Shown: positions 20,659 through 31,363, counted from the first letter of the stretch. The stretch: DNA of 64,000 nt from an uncultured Spirochaetota bacterium (GCA_963827275.1 CAWHAA010000002.1:256001-320000), one strand, 5' to 3'. A program made the numbers and translations. The notes: generated by a model from the letters alone, not told the origin.

Positions 20659-21165
20659 CTACTTCTGCTTTTTTTTCGAAGTGAAGATGCGCTCCCAGAA
20701 AGAGACCTCTTCATCCGACACTGCGGGGTTATCCTCTTTTTCTTCCGGGGCCTTTTCCTTCTGCTCGTCCTCGATCGTTCTGGTGACGAATTCGGCGAAT
20801 TTTTCGCTCGTCATGGTTTTCGCGCTGAAGCGGTTGACATAAAAGAGGATGTCCTTGTCCGAGGTGACCACGGTGGACATCTTCGGGTTCAGGTCCTTCT
20901 TGATGAATTCCTTTATGAGGAAGTCCGCGGAGTAATCAATCGAATAATAGACGTCGATGGTGCCGACCCGCTCGCTGCGGACGGTTTTCGCCGGCCCCTT
21001 CCTTCCGTCAAACACGACCCGGATTTTCGATTTTTTCAGCTTCTGGAACTCCTTGAGCCGGTCGAGCAGGCCGGCGCGCGCGTCATCGAGCCTGCCGGTG
21101 AGCATCAGCCCCTCGAGGTCGGGAAACTTGTACATGAGGTTGAACCCGTCGATCAGGAGTATCAT
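20659..21165 (-). CDS. NYN/YacP-like PIN-fold ribonuclease
   Basis: LLIDGFNL, VVFDG, SADFLI, VVTSD. Confidence 0.85.
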   Translation of the reverse strand: MILLIDGFNLMYKFPDLEGLMLTGRLDDARAGLLDRLKEFQKLKKSKIRVVFDGRKGPAKTVRSERVGTIDVYYSIDYSADFLIKEFIKKDLNPKMSTVVTSDKDILFYVNRFSAKTMTSEKFAEFVTRTIEDEQKEKAPEEKEDNPAVSDEEVSFWERIFTSKKKQK

Positions 21166-21174
21166 GGAACGCTT

Positions 21175-22363
21175 CTACAACTGCTTCACGTACCGGTCGA
21201 TCCGCAGCATCGATTCCCTGATGTTGTCCATCGAGGTAGCGTAGGAGCAGCGGATATTGTATTCACCGCATTCACCGAACGCCCTCCCCGGCACCACCGC
21301 GACTTTTTCTTTCTGGAGGAGGCCCAGGGCGAATTCCCTGCCGGTCAGCCCGGTGGACGATATGTCCGGGAACACGTAGAAGGCGCCTTCGGGGAGAAGG
21401 CACGGCAGGCCCGATCTCGTTGAACCTGCTCGAGATGAAGTTCCTCCGCCTGATGTACTCGTTTTTCATCTGGAGGACGTCCTTCGCTCCCCTGGTGAGG
21501 GCCTCGATCGCCGCGTACTGGGCCATGGAGGAGGCGCACAGGGCGGTGTACTGGTGGATCTTCATCATGATGTCGGTGATGAATTTCGGGCCGGCCACGT
21601 ACCCGAGGCGCCAGCCGGTCATGGCGTGGGACTTGGAGAAGCCGTTCAGGTAGATGGTGCGCGATTTCATTTCGGGGATCGCCGCGATGGAAAAATGGCG
21701 CCCCTCGTACGTGAGTGAGCAGTATATCTCGTCGCTGATGACGATGAAGTTGTGCCGCATCGCCAGCTCGGCGATCCTTTCCAGCGTGTCCCTGTCGATC
21801 GTCGCGCCTGTCGGGTTTGACGGGTAGCTCAGGATTATCGCCTTTGTCCTGGGCGTGATCGCCTTTTTCAGGAGATCGATGTCGATCTTGAACCGGTCCT
21901 TCTGGTAGGTGGGGACTATGACCGGCGTCCCGTGGAGAAGTGTCACGTTTGCCGTGTACGATACATAGCAGGGCTCGAAGATGATCACCTCGTCGCCGGG
22001 ATTGATGATGCTCCGCAGCGCAAGGTCGAGGCCCTGGCTCACGCCCAGCGTGACGATCAGCTCCGAGTCGGGGTCGAAGGTGACATCGTAATCTGCCGCG
22101 AGGTAGCGGACGATCAGGTCGCGCAGCTCGGGGAGGCCGCGGTTCGGGGTGTAGTGGGTGTTGCCGTCCTTGATCGCGTATATGCCGCTGTCGGCAATCC
22201 GCCAGGGCGTGGTGAAGTCGGGCTCGCCGACGCCCAGGGATATGCAGTCCGGCGTCGAATAGACAATGTCGAAGAATTCACGTATGCCTGACGGGGGAAT
22301 GGCGCTGCCGGTCCGTGAAACAAGGTTTTCGGGGCTGTTGTGCTGTACCAGTTTTAATTTCAT
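21175..22363 (-). CDS. PLP-dependent aminotransferase class I/II; frameshift near 21400
   Basis: SLGVGEPDF, PSNPTG, SDEIY, NGFSKSHAMTGWRLGY. The C-terminus (VAVVPGRAFG..IRCSYA) is in ORF 21175..21375. Confidence 0.9.
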
Positions 22364-22416
22364 AGTGTTACTCCCGGGCCTTCACTTACTCTGCCGCATC
22401 AGGGGCGGGCCGGCGG

Positions 22417-22875
22417 TCACCCCTCCTTTTTCAGCGGAAAGTTTTCCATCATTATCAGATGTTCTGATTCAGTAAAGCCAAATTTTCTGAAAAATTCGTA
22501 GAAATCCGCGTCCCCGGCGGGGACTTCCGCCCTGATCCGGGGACAGTTCCGTTCCGCCATTGATTGCCTGAAGGCGTTCAGGAGGTCTTCCCTGACGCCG
22601 GCGCCATGGAAGGGGGAGGCGCAGAGCCACCGGACGGTCACCGCCCCGCCGGTTTCGGCGTCTTCCGGGAACGCTATGAGAAAGCCCGCGACCCGCTTTT
22701 TGCATATCGCGACGAGGGAGACGTCAAGGCCGCGGACAAGGAGCTCGGCGAGGTCGCGCTCATTCCATCCACGGTCCGCGGTCCGGCCTGCGGGCGGAAG
22801 CGCGTCCCGCCCGAGGAGGAAGACGTCCCTCAGGTCATCGATCCGCATCGGCCGTATCTCGGTCCCCCGCTTCAT
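22417..22875 (-). CDS. GNAT family N-acetyltransferase
   Basis: MKRGTEIRPMRIDDL, VAGFLIA, FFRKFGF; start overlaps the nadB stop. Confidence 0.7.
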   Translation of the reverse strand: MKRGTEIRPMRIDDLRDVFLLGRDALPPAGRTADRGWNERDLAELLVRGLDVSLVAICKKRVAGFLIAFPEDAETGGAVTVRWLCASPFHGAGVREDLLNAFRQSMAERNCPRIRAEVPAGDADFYEFFRKFGFTESEHLIMMENFPLKKEG

Positions 22876-24536
22876 TCCGTACCGGCCAGCCTCATGAGCT
22901 TCGGCTCGTGCTCCGCCTGGAGCACCACGTTGACTTTCTGGCGCCCCGGCGCCGGGTGGTCGGCGTTGAAGTGCAGGCCGATGCTGTCCCTCCGTGTCAT
23001 GGCGCTCTTGATTATGAGTTTTGCCACCGTCGCGAGGTTGCGCAGCTCGACGATGCGCCAGGTTATGGTGCTTTTCTTGTAATGGTCGTGTATGTCTTCG
23101 GCCAGCATCAGTATCCGCCGGTGCGCCTTCTGGAGCCGCTTGTCTGAGCGCACGATGCCGACGTAGTCCCACATGAGCCGCTTCACGTCCTCGATGTCGT
23201 GCTGGACCAGCACCCACTCCTCCAGGTCGAACGTTCCCTCCTTGCTCCAGTCGGGGAACTCCGGCATGGACCCCGCGCGGTCGAAATCGCCGAGGTTCCC
23301 GGCGGCCCGCAGGTAGGCCTGGTGGGAAAAGACGATCCCCTCGAGCAGGGAATTGCTGGCGAGCCGGTTCGCGCCGTGCACGCCGGTGCAGGACGATTCG
23401 CCCGAGACGTAGAGGTTCTCGATCGAGGTCTTGCCGTTCAGGTCGCTTACCACGCCGCCGCAGAGGTAGTGGGCGGCAGGCACGACCGGGATCGGCTCCT
23501 TTGAAATGTCAATCCCCTCTTCCAGGCACCTGGCGTAGATGTTCGGGAAGCGTTGCATCAGGAATTTTTTGCTCTTCGAGGTGATGTCCAGGTATACGTT
23601 GCTGACCCCTGATTTTTTCAGCTCCATGTCGATTGTCCGCGCCACGATGTCCCTGGGCGCGAGGTCTTTCAGCGGGTGCACGCGGTCCATGAAGCGCTCC
23701 CCCCTGGCGTTGACGAGGACGGCGCCCTCGCCGCGCACTGCCTCGCTGATGAGAAAGCGGGGTCCGCCCGCCTTCGGCAGGTAGAGGGCGGTGGGGTGGA
23801 ACTGAATGAACTCCATGTCGGCGATCAGGGCCCCGGCGCGGTAGGCCATGGCGATGCCGTCGCCAGTCGCGATATCGGGATTGGTGGTGTGAAGGTACAC
23901 CTGGCCGACGCCGCCCGTCGCCAGCAGGGTCATCTTCGCGTTAAAGGTATTGACCATGCCGGTGGTATTATCGAGGATATAGGCGCCGTAGCAGTGGGTG
24001 CCGTGCCGCCGTTTTCTTCTGAGCCGCAGCTGGTGCTCGGTCAGCAGGTCGACGCCGGTGTGGTCCTCGAAGAGCTGAATGTTCGGGATCTCCGAGACCT
24101 TCTGTAATAACGCCCGCTCGACTTCCTGCCCGGTGAGGTCGCGGGCATGAACGATGCGGTTCATCGAATGACCGCCCTCGCGTCCGAGGTCGAGGACGTT
24201 CCCGCCGCCGGGCCGTTTTTTTTCAGAGAAGTGCGTGCCCCACTCTATGAGCTCCAGTATCCGTTCCGGGCCGGAGCGGACCAGGAGATCGACCGCCTTG
24301 CGGTTGCCGAGCCCGGCGCCGGCCTTCATCGTGTCTTCGATATGCTTATCGAATGAATCGGTCGGGGAGAGGACCGAAGCGATGCCGCCCTGCGCGTAGT
24401 TGGTGTTGGAGTCGGACTCCTTTTTCTTGGTGACGATGTTCACCGTCCCGATGCGGGACGCCTTGATGGCGAAGGCCAGCCCGGCGATGCCGCTCCCGAT
24501 GATCAGGAAATCGGATTTAAAGGTTTTTGGCCGCAT
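22872..24536 (-). CDS. nadB: L-aspartate oxidase
   Basis: IIGSGIAGL, NTNYAQGGIA, REGGHS..RI.H, QFHPT, VVPAAHYLCGG, GVHGANRLASNSLLE. Confidence 0.96.
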   Translation of the reverse strand: MRPKTFKSDFLIIGSGIAGLAFAIKASRIGTVNIVTKKKESDSNTNYAQGGIASVLSPTDSFDKHIEDTMKAGAGLGNRKAVDLLVRSGPERILELIEWGTHFSEKKRPGGGNVLDLGREGGHSMNRIVHARDLTGQEVERALLQKVSEIPNIQLFEDHTGVDLLTEHQLRLRRKRRHGTHCYGAYILDNTTGMVNTFNAKMTLLATGGVGQVYLHTTNPDIATGDGIAMAYRAGALIADMEFIQFHPTALYLPKAGGPRFLISEAVRGEGAVLVNARGERFMDRVHPLKDLAPRDIVARTIDMELKKSGVSNVYLDITSKSKKFLMQRFPNIYARCLEEGIDISKEPIPVVPAAHYLCGGVVSDLNGKTSIENLYVSGESSCTGVHGANRLASNSLLEGIVFSHQAYLRAAGNLGDFDRAGSMPEFPDWSKEGTFDLEEWVLVQHDIEDVKRLMWDYVGIVRSDKRLQKAHRRILMLAEDIHDHYKKSTITWRIVELRNLATVAKLIIKSAMTRRDSIGLHFNADHPAPGRQKVNVVLQAEHEPKLMRLAGTE

Positions 24537-25317
24537 TGCTCACTATCTCCATGAAGTTTTCATACACCGCGCCGGCGATCCGCTCGACCGGCTCGCCCCG
24601 GAGGCCGGCGATGTAGCGGTAGGTGTGGATGATATATTCCGACCTGTTCTTTTTCCCGCGCAGCGGAACGGGTGCCAGGAAGGGCGCGTCGGTCTCAACG
24701 AGCAGGCGGTCGAGCGGCACGTAAGCCGCGGATTCGTGGAGCGCCGTTGCGCTCCGGTAGGTGACGTTTCCTGCGAAGGAGAGGTAGAACCCGAGGTCCA
24801 GCACCTTCCGCGCCGCTTCGCGGTCGCCGGAGAAGCAGTGCATGATCCCGGCGGTCCCCGGGTACTCGCTCAGGAGCGCCAGCGTTTCATCCATCGCGTC
24901 GCGGGAATGCACGATGACCGGGAGGCCGAGACGGTTGGCCAGGGCGATCTGGAAGCGGAAGGAGCGCTCCTGCGTCCCGGGGTCCTGGCGCTTCCGGTAG
25001 AAGTCGAGGCCGCATTCGCCGATGCCGAAGAGAAGGCGCGCGTCTTCGCCGCGGGCGGTCCGTTCCGCCAGGTCGCCTATTTCACGGAGGTCGTCGTCGC
25101 CGGCTGGCGACGACGGGTGTATGCCGATGGAGAAGAGGACTCCCCGGGCGGCATGCCGCTTCGCGAAACCGAGGGACCACCGCGCGCTTGCCGTATCGAT
25201 CGATACCTGGACGACCCGCCGTATCCCGTTTGCGGCCGCCTGTTCCATGAGCGCGTCTTCTGTCACATTGGTTTCTTCAAGGGCAAGGTCGAAATGTGCG
25301 TGGGAGTCGATATACAT
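24517..25317 (-). CDS. tatD: TatD family deoxyribonuclease
   Basis: IDSHAH, GIHP, IGECGLDF, VHSRDA, MHCFSG, VETDAPFL. Confidence 0.93.
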   Translation of the reverse strand: MYIDSHAHFDLALEETNVTEDALMEQAAANGIRRVVQVSIDTASARWSLGFAKRHAARGVLFSIGIHPSSPAGDDDLREIGDLAERTARGEDARLLFGIGECGLDFYRKRQDPGTQERSFRFQIALANRLGLPVIVHSRDAMDETLALLSEYPGTAGIMHCFSGDREAARKVLDLGFYLSFAGNVTYRSATALHESAAYVPLDRLLVETDAPFLAPVPLRGKKNRSEYIIHTYRYIAGLRGEPVERIAGAVYENFMEIVSNAAKNL

Positions 25318-25444
25318 GACACTCCTCGGTGAGTAATGCTTCTGTCTCTGTATAGGGAGCGGGGCCATAATTGCAAGAATAAAATACGCGATTAATTGGT
25401 TGAAATTTTTTCATCTGACGGTAGCATGTGCATGCGAGGGGCGT

Positions 25445-26095
25445 GTGAAATTATTCGTTATCGGCGACATCCACGGTGAAAAAAAGTACATCGGCGCGGC
25501 GTCCGGGATGATCGGCTCGGCCGATCTGGTGGTGCTGTGCGGTGATCTCGCGCGATCGGGCTCGCGCTCGAGCGCCGAGGAGGTGCTGTCGGAAATCGAA
25601 CGCTATTCGCGTTCAATCGTCGCTGTGCACGGCAACTGGGACGGGGACGATGTCCGCTCGCTGCTCAACGCCAGGGGCTACAGCGTGCACGGCAAGGGCC
25701 GGATCATAGACGGGGTCGGCTTTTTCGGCGTGGGCGGCTCGAGCCAGACGCCGATGAATACTGCCAGCGAATATTCAGAAGAGGAGATTGCCGGGTTCCT
25801 CGACGATGGATACCGCTCGGTCGCGGCTGCCGGGAAAAAGGTCCTGGTGACACACGCCCCGCCGCGCCAGGTGCGCGACCGCACCTTCCTGGGGCTCCAT
25901 GGAGGGAGCAGGGCGGTGCGGGACTTCCTGGACGGCGCGGCCGTTGACCTGTGCCTGGCGGGGCATATACACGAAGCCTACGGCGCGGAGCGGTACCATG
26001 AGTGTCTCGTCGTGAATTCCGGCTCCTTTAAAAAGGGAAGATATTCCTCGATAACTCTGGGGGAGACGGTAACGGTGGACCAGGGCAAGCTTTGA
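25445..26095 (+). CDS. Calcineurin-like metallophosphoesterase (Icc-related)
   Basis: GDIHG, GD, GNWD, THAPP, GHIHE. Confidence 0.9.
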   Translation: MKLFVIGDIHGEKKYIGAASGMIGSADLVVLCGDLARSGSRSSAEEVLSEIERYSRSIVAVHGNWDGDDVRSLLNARGYSVHGKGRIIDGVGFFGVGGSSQTPMNTASEYSEEEIAGFLDDGYRSVAAAGKKVLVTHAPPRQVRDRTFLGLHGGSRAVRDFLDGAAVDLCLAGHIHEAYGAERYHECLVVNSGSFKKGRYSSITLGETVTVDQGKL

Positions 26096-26158
26096 TCACT
26101 TCTGGCGGATGCGTTTCCGCGATGGGCGCCATCGGGCGGACCGTGCGGGCAATACTGA

Positions 26159-26536
26159 ATGACCATGGAGGTGCCGCTTGTGACGGCGAGTGAAGAACGG
26201 CGGCGATACCACAGGGTAGAGAACGATTTCAATGTCAGGATAGCGCGCGAGGTCCGGGCGAACCAGTTCAAGGACCTTGTTATCGACACCGGGCGGTCGA
26301 TCAATGTCAGCGCAAGCGGCATGTCGGTGCACATCAGGGAGCGTCTCGACCCCCGCGAACTCGTGCGGGTGACCTTTTTAAAGCCGAATACCTTTGAGTT
26401 TTTCGAGGGGCTCGCGCGCGTGATCAGGGTGGAGGAGAAGAAAGACAGTACCTTCACGGTGGGGCTGCATTTTTTTAATCTGTCGACATCTGAGATGAAC
26501 AACCTGGATTACTATATCAGCTTATGCGGTCACTAA
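26159..26536 (+). CDS. Stand-alone PilZ domain protein
   Basis: RxxxR (ERRRYHR) and N-x-S-x-x-G (NVSASG) c-di-GMP motifs. Confidence 0.85.
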   Translation: MTMEVPLVTASEERRRYHRVENDFNVRIAREVRANQFKDLVIDTGRSINVSASGMSVHIRERLDPRELVRVTFLKPNTFEFFEGLARVIRVEEKKDSTFTVGLHFFNLSTSEMNNLDYYISLCGH

Positions 26537-26575
26537 CGTCCCCCGCGCGCAGGCGGCCGGCGGGCCCGGCGCTCG

Positions 26576-26926
26576 TCATGTTCCCTTCACTGATATGTGT
26601 TTCATGGTCCTGACGATCGTTTCCAGCGCCTTGAATGACGCCACCTGCCATTTTGAGCTCCTGTCGTAGGTAATGGTGGACGTGATGCCGCTCTCTTCAA
26701 GGCTCTTTATGAGCAGGATAATCGGCGGTACGGTGGACGAGTTCATGTATTTCAGCTTTTCGAACCTGATTTCGAGCGCCCTGTCTTTCAGCCTTTCGAA
26801 TATGCTTTTAAAATACGGGTTGATGATCGACGAGGGGTCCCGGGCTTCGCTTTTACCGCTCCACGTTATCGTATTTATCTCTCCTTCCGCGAGGGTTATT
26901 TCAAGATCATTGTCCTTCAAGTTCAT
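26576..26926 (-). CDS. SiaC/DUF1987-like STAS-type phosphoacceptor protein
   Basis: TWSGKSEARDP..YF..LKYMNSS resembles SiaC (G.S.PEN..FY..L.Y.NTSS). Confidence 0.6.
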   Translation of the reverse strand: MNLKDNDLEITLAEGEINTITWSGKSEARDPSSIINPYFKSIFERLKDRALEIRFEKLKYMNSSTVPPIILLIKSLEESGITSTITYDRSSKWQVASFKALETIVRTMKHISVKGT

Positions 26927-26991
26927 ACAACCGCTCCTGTCGTATCGTGGGTGATGTGGATCATTGTGCGAGAGGGCGGCCCCTTCCGCGA

Positions 26992-27477
26992 TCATTCATA
27001 GGTACGCTCAGCCAGCACTGTTAGTATGCCATCGCGATAGGTACAGTCAAGCGTAAATTCCCCCTCATACGCTATCCGGTACAGGCCAAGCTGGCTCTCT
27101 CCGGGCCGGGGGTCTTCCATCAGCTGCTGGAGGCGCTCGGTATACAGGGCGCCCGGGTCGTCACTGGACTTGATACGCTCGATGTTCGTCCGCACACGGA
27201 GAGCGTCGTCTTCATCCCTGACGCCGTTGGAGACCCTGATCTGCACCCTGTCTGAATCGGCGCCCAGGTCAAAGTGGATGGTGGCGGTGCCGGCGGCGGA
27301 TGAACCGTATTTTATCGAGTTTTCAACAAGTTCCACGGCGCACATGATGGTTGATTCGACGACGTCATGCGCGGCGCCCTTCTGTTTCATGAAGGATTCC
27401 GTTTTGTCACGGACTTCCCTCAAAATGCTCCATGTCGGGGTTATGGATAGACTGATTGTCACTTCATCATGCTGCAT
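26992..27477 (-). CDS. GHKL ATP-binding protein, SiaB/anti-sigma kinase-like
   Basis: N-box ELVENSIKYG and G-box SQLGLYRIAYEG. Confidence 0.65.
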   Translation of the reverse strand: MQHDEVTISLSITPTWSILREVRDKTESFMKQKGAAHDVVESTIMCAVELVENSIKYGSSAAGTATIHFDLGADSDRVQIRVSNGVRDEDDALRVRTNIERIKSSDDPGALYTERLQQLMEDPRPGESQLGLYRIAYEGEFTLDCTYRDGILTVLAERTYE

Positions 27478-27768
27478 GTGTCGTTTACCAGGCTGACATG
27501 GTCCGTAACGGTGTGAACGGCTTGCGTCACTGCCACACACCATGCCGTTTATATATAGATATACATATTTACCGCGTAGTCAATACAAATATTTGAATAT
27601 GAGGGCACAATGATCTGCCGGCGATACCGGTCGGGACGATCGATGCTGAAAAATCGGGAGAATTTTCCCGGATATGCGGATTACGGCATCACGCAAAGGA
27701 AAAATATTTTTTTAATGAGATAATTAATTTGACAATTTTGCACTCCGCAATAATTATCTTATTTCGAT

Positions 27769-28758
27769 ATGAATTCCCTCAAAAGAAAAGATCTTCTTGA
27801 TATCCAGTCGTTATCAATAGAGGAGATTCTTTTAATCTGCCGATCGGCAAAATATTTCAAGGACATATTCACCCGTTCAGTCAAAAGCGTCCCGATTCTG
27901 CGGGGAAAGACCGTGTGCACGCTCTTTTACGAGCCATCGACACGGACCCGTCTCAGCTTCGAGCTGGCGGCAAAGCGGCTGTCAGCCGATCTGATAAATT
28001 TTTCCGTATCGACGTCCAGCGTCGTCAAGGGGGAATCGCTGATCGATACTGTCCATACCCTTGAAGCCATGAAAGTGGATTATATCGTAATGAGACATGC
28101 GGCGTCAATGGCGCCGCATTTTTTATCTCGTAACATCAACGCATCGGTCATCAACGCGGGAGACGGGTTCCACGCGCACCCGACCCAGGCGTTGCTGGAC
28201 GCCTATTCGATCATGGAGCACCTGGGGCGTCTTGCCGCCGGCAGCCTCGAGGGCCTCAACATCGGCATCATCGGCGACATCAAGCATTCCCGGGTGGCAC
28301 GCTCGGACATTGAGATATTTAAAAAGCTGGGCGCCAACGTGACCCTGTGCGGCCCGCCCACCCTGGTGCCTGACAACTTCGCCCTCTACGGCGTCAATAT
28401 CAGCTACAATCTGGACGACCTGCTGCCCGACCTTGACGTGGTCAATCTCCTGAGGATACAGAAGGAGCGCCAGAAAGGCTCCCTTCTCCCGTCGCTGCGG
28501 GAATACCACCGCCAGTTCGCCCTGACCACAGAGCGGTTCCGCATGTGCCGGGACGATGTCATCGTCATGCACCCCGGACCGGTGAACCGCGGGATCGAAA
28601 TCGACGACGCGGTCATGAACAGCCCGAAAGCGATTATCAACGAGCAGGTGACCAACGGGGTCGCGGTGCGGATGGCCCTCTTCTATCTCCTGGCCGGCGG
28701 CGCGCCGTTCGAGGAAATGAACGAGGAACAGCGAGGTACGATTGAAAATAGTAATTAA
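27769..28758 (+). CDS. pyrB: Aspartate carbamoyltransferase catalytic subunit
   Basis: FYEPSTRTRLSFE, INAGDG.HAHPTQ, GDIKHSRVARS, MHPGPVNRG. Confidence 0.97.
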   Translation: MNSLKRKDLLDIQSLSIEEILLICRSAKYFKDIFTRSVKSVPILRGKTVCTLFYEPSTRTRLSFELAAKRLSADLINFSVSTSSVVKGESLIDTVHTLEAMKVDYIVMRHAASMAPHFLSRNINASVINAGDGFHAHPTQALLDAYSIMEHLGRLAAGSLEGLNIGIIGDIKHSRVARSDIEIFKKLGANVTLCGPPTLVPDNFALYGVNISYNLDDLLPDLDVVNLLRIQKERQKGSLLPSLREYHRQFALTTERFRMCRDDVIVMHPGPVNRGIEIDDAVMNSPKAIINEQVTNGVAVRMALFYLLAGGAPFEEMNEEQRGTIENSN

Positions 28759-30019
28759 AAACGGCCGGCTTATAGACCCGGCATCGAAGACGGACGGGGC
28801 GCTGGACCTCCTCGTGGAGGACGACCGGATAGCGGATATCGCGCCGAAGATCACGGCGCGGAGCGATTACGGCGTCATCGACGCAGCGGGCTGTCTGGTG
28901 CTTCCGGGGCTCATAGACATGCATGTCCATTTCCGCGAGCCTGGCCGCGAAGACGTGGAGACGATATACGGCGGTTCGAAGGTGGCGGCCAAGAGCGGCT
29001 TCACCTCGGTGTGCACCATGCCGAACACCGACCCGGTCATCGACAACCAGGCGCTGGTGCGCTTCATCAAGCTGGAGGCCGAGAAGGGGCCGATCAACGT
29101 CTTCCCCGCCGCCACCATAACGAAGGGGATGAAGGGGGAGGAGATCTCCGAAATGGGTGAGCTGATCAGCGCCGGGGCGGTGGCCTTCACCGACGACGGG
29201 CTGCCCGTGATGAGCTCAATCCTGATGCGGCGCGCCCTCGAGTATTCGCGCATGTTCGGCGTTCCCATCATCACCCACTCCGAGGACCTCGGGCTGACCG
29301 ACGACGGCATCATGAACGAAGGAAAAAACTCGACGCTCCTGGGCCTGAAGGGCATCCCCTCCGAGGCGGAAGAGGTGATGATCGCGCGCGACGTGATCCT
29401 CACCCGCCTGTCGGGCGGCAGGCTCCATGTCGCCCATGTCTCGTCCGGGGGATCGGTCGAGATCATCAGGCGCGCCAAGAGCGACGGGATAACGGTGACC
29501 TGCGAAACGGCGCCCCATTATTTCTCCCTCACCGATGACGCGGTCGCGGAGTACCTGTCGATGGCGAAGATGAAGCCGCCCCTCAGGACGGATGACGACC
29601 GCAAGGCGATCATCGAGGGGCTCCGGCGCGGCATCATCGACGTGATCGCGACCGACCACGCCCCCCATTCCATGAATGAAAAAATGCAGGAGCTCGAGTA
29701 CGCGCCGTTCGGCATCATCGGGCTCGAGACCGCGGTGCCGCTCATCATAACGGTGCTGGTGCGGGAAAACGGCTTTTCATATATCGAGGCCTTTGAAAAG
29801 GTTACCGCGAACCCCGCCAGGATCCTGAAGATCGACCGGGGCGTACTGAAGCCCGGTAAAATCGCCGACATCACCATCATCGACCCCGAGCGGAAGGTCC
29901 AGGTCACCGAGGACTTCATACTTTCCAAATGCAAAAACACCCCCTTTCTCGGCAGGGAGCTGTACGGGTCGGTGCAGCACACGCTGTGCAATGGCAACGT
30001 GGTCTATTCCCGCCGGTGA
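28742..30019 (+). CDS. pyrC: Dihydroorotase
   Basis: PGLIDMHVHFREPG, MPNTDP, KMKPPLR, ATDHAPH. Confidence 0.96.
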   Translation: MKIVIKNGRLIDPASKTDGALDLLVEDDRIADIAPKITARSDYGVIDAAGCLVLPGLIDMHVHFREPGREDVETIYGGSKVAAKSGFTSVCTMPNTDPVIDNQALVRFIKLEAEKGPINVFPAATITKGMKGEEISEMGELISAGAVAFTDDGLPVMSSILMRRALEYSRMFGVPIITHSEDLGLTDDGIMNEGKNSTLLGLKGIPSEAEEVMIARDVILTRLSGGRLHVAHVSSGGSVEIIRRAKSDGITVTCETAPHYFSLTDDAVAEYLSMAKMKPPLRTDDDRKAIIEGLRRGIIDVIATDHAPHSMNEKMQELEYAPFGIIGLETAVPLIITVLVRENGFSYIEAFEKVTANPARILKIDRGVLKPGKIADITIIDPERKVQVTEDFILSKCKNTPFLGRELYGSVQHTLCNGNVVYSRR

Positions 30020-30111
30020 CCCATGGGCGTATAATTCATATCCCGGCCGGACGCCGACCTGTAATACCTTTGTATAAAATAACCTGCCGGCTCAATATTG
30101 CAGATTTATCC

Positions 30112-30141
30112 TTGACACGCGAAAATCCGCGCGCCTATACT
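30112..30141 (+). promoter_or_regulatory. Sigma70-like promoter
   Basis: TTGACA-N18-TATACT upstream of the lipoprotein gene at 30209. Confidence 0.55.
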
Positions 30142-30208
30142 TGACCTCTCGTGCGCGGCCATGTGTGTCCCGTACGATCTGATCGATAACAGTTCACGAG
30201 GAGGAAAT

Positions 30209-30490
30209 ATGCGTTTACTTTCGGCTCTGGTGATTATCATGATGGTTTCCGCCCTTGCGGTCTCATGCAAGAAAAAGGAGATGACCCTTGAGGACTACGC
30301 GAAAATAGAGATCGAGATCAACCTGCCGGACCCGGCGCTCGATGAAGCGAAGGTCGGCGAGGTAGCCGGTAAATACGGCTATGACTACCGGCAGTACAAG
30401 GACATGTTCGACAAGGTGCAGAAGGACGCCGCGCTCAAGGAAAAGCTCGGCGAAATGAGGCTCCAGGAGCAGAAGGCGGAAGGCAAGTAG
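30209..30490 (+). CDS. Small lipoprotein
   Basis: GAGGAGG RBS; MRLLSALVIIMMVSALAVSC lipobox followed by KKK. Confidence 0.8.
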   Translation: MRLLSALVIIMMVSALAVSCKKKEMTLEDYAKIEIEINLPDPALDEAKVGEVAGKYGYDYRQYKDMFDKVQKDAALKEKLGEMRLQEQKAEGK

Positions 30491-30523
30491 CCCCGTCCTG
30501 ACGGCGCGGCGCACCGCCGCTGG

Positions 30524-31363
30524 TTACCTGACGTCCAGGAGCCGCGCCGCGTTCATCCCCAGAATATCAGCTTTCCATCCCCTTTCGGGGACCGCTCTGT
30601 CAATCGAATCCAGGTAACGCCTGTGCGTAAGGAGCGGGTAATCGCTGCCAAAGAGTATCCTTCCCGGGCCGACGATCCGTGCGGCGGTCCCGTACATTTC
30701 ATCCGAATAGAGATACGGTGAGGCGGCGGTGTCATAGTAGCAGTGCGCCAGCCCCTTCGATACCTCCGGCATGAGCTCGTAAAACAGCAGGCCGCCCCCC
30801 CAGTGTGACAGGATGATCGTGGCCTCCGGAACAGCGGCCAGCGTTTCGAAAAGCCAGCCCAGGTCGGGGTCATACTTCCCCGGGTAGCGGTGCCCCACCG
30901 GCTCGTTCACGTGCAGGCAGAGGGGGAGCCCGCATGCCTGGACCGCGGCGAGCAGGCGCACCAGGTGGCGGCGGTTCCCCGGCGTCATGCCGTCGCGGTA
31001 GAAGCCCGCCTCGCCCACGCCGGCAAGCCCCATCTCCTTGATCGACCGCACCCACGCCTCGACGTCGGCCGTGCCGTTCACCGGGACCGACCCGAACGGC
31101 AGGACGGCGCCGCCGGAAAGGCGCATAACGTCAGCGAAGTATTCATTCTGCGCGGCGCAGAGGTCGTCGCGTTCCCAGGGGAAGCCCATCGCCACGGCGC
31201 GGTCGATGCCGGACAATCTCATCGACTCCATGAGCGCGCGGTGATCCACGAGGGCGGATTTCCGGTCTTCGTGTATCACACGGAACTGGCGGTCGGCGAG
31301 GGCGCTCTCCCTGTCATCGCAGATGTCGCGGCTGAAGATGTGGGTGTGAACATCTATGACCAT
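30524..31363 (-). CDS. Amidohydrolase family (Amidohydro_2) protein
   Basis: IDVHTH, GVGE, LHVNEP, SHWGGG, DTAA, ILFGSDYP. Confidence 0.9.
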   Translation of the reverse strand: MVIDVHTHIFSRDICDDRESALADRQFRVIHEDRKSALVDHRALMESMRLSGIDRAVAMGFPWERDDLCAAQNEYFADVMRLSGGAVLPFGSVPVNGTADVEAWVRSIKEMGLAGVGEAGFYRDGMTPGNRRHLVRLLAAVQACGLPLCLHVNEPVGHRYPGKYDPDLGWLFETLAAVPEATIILSHWGGGLLFYELMPEVSKGLAHCYYDTAASPYLYSDEMYGTAARIVGPGRILFGSDYPLLTHRRYLDSIDRAVPERGWKADILGMNAARLLDVR

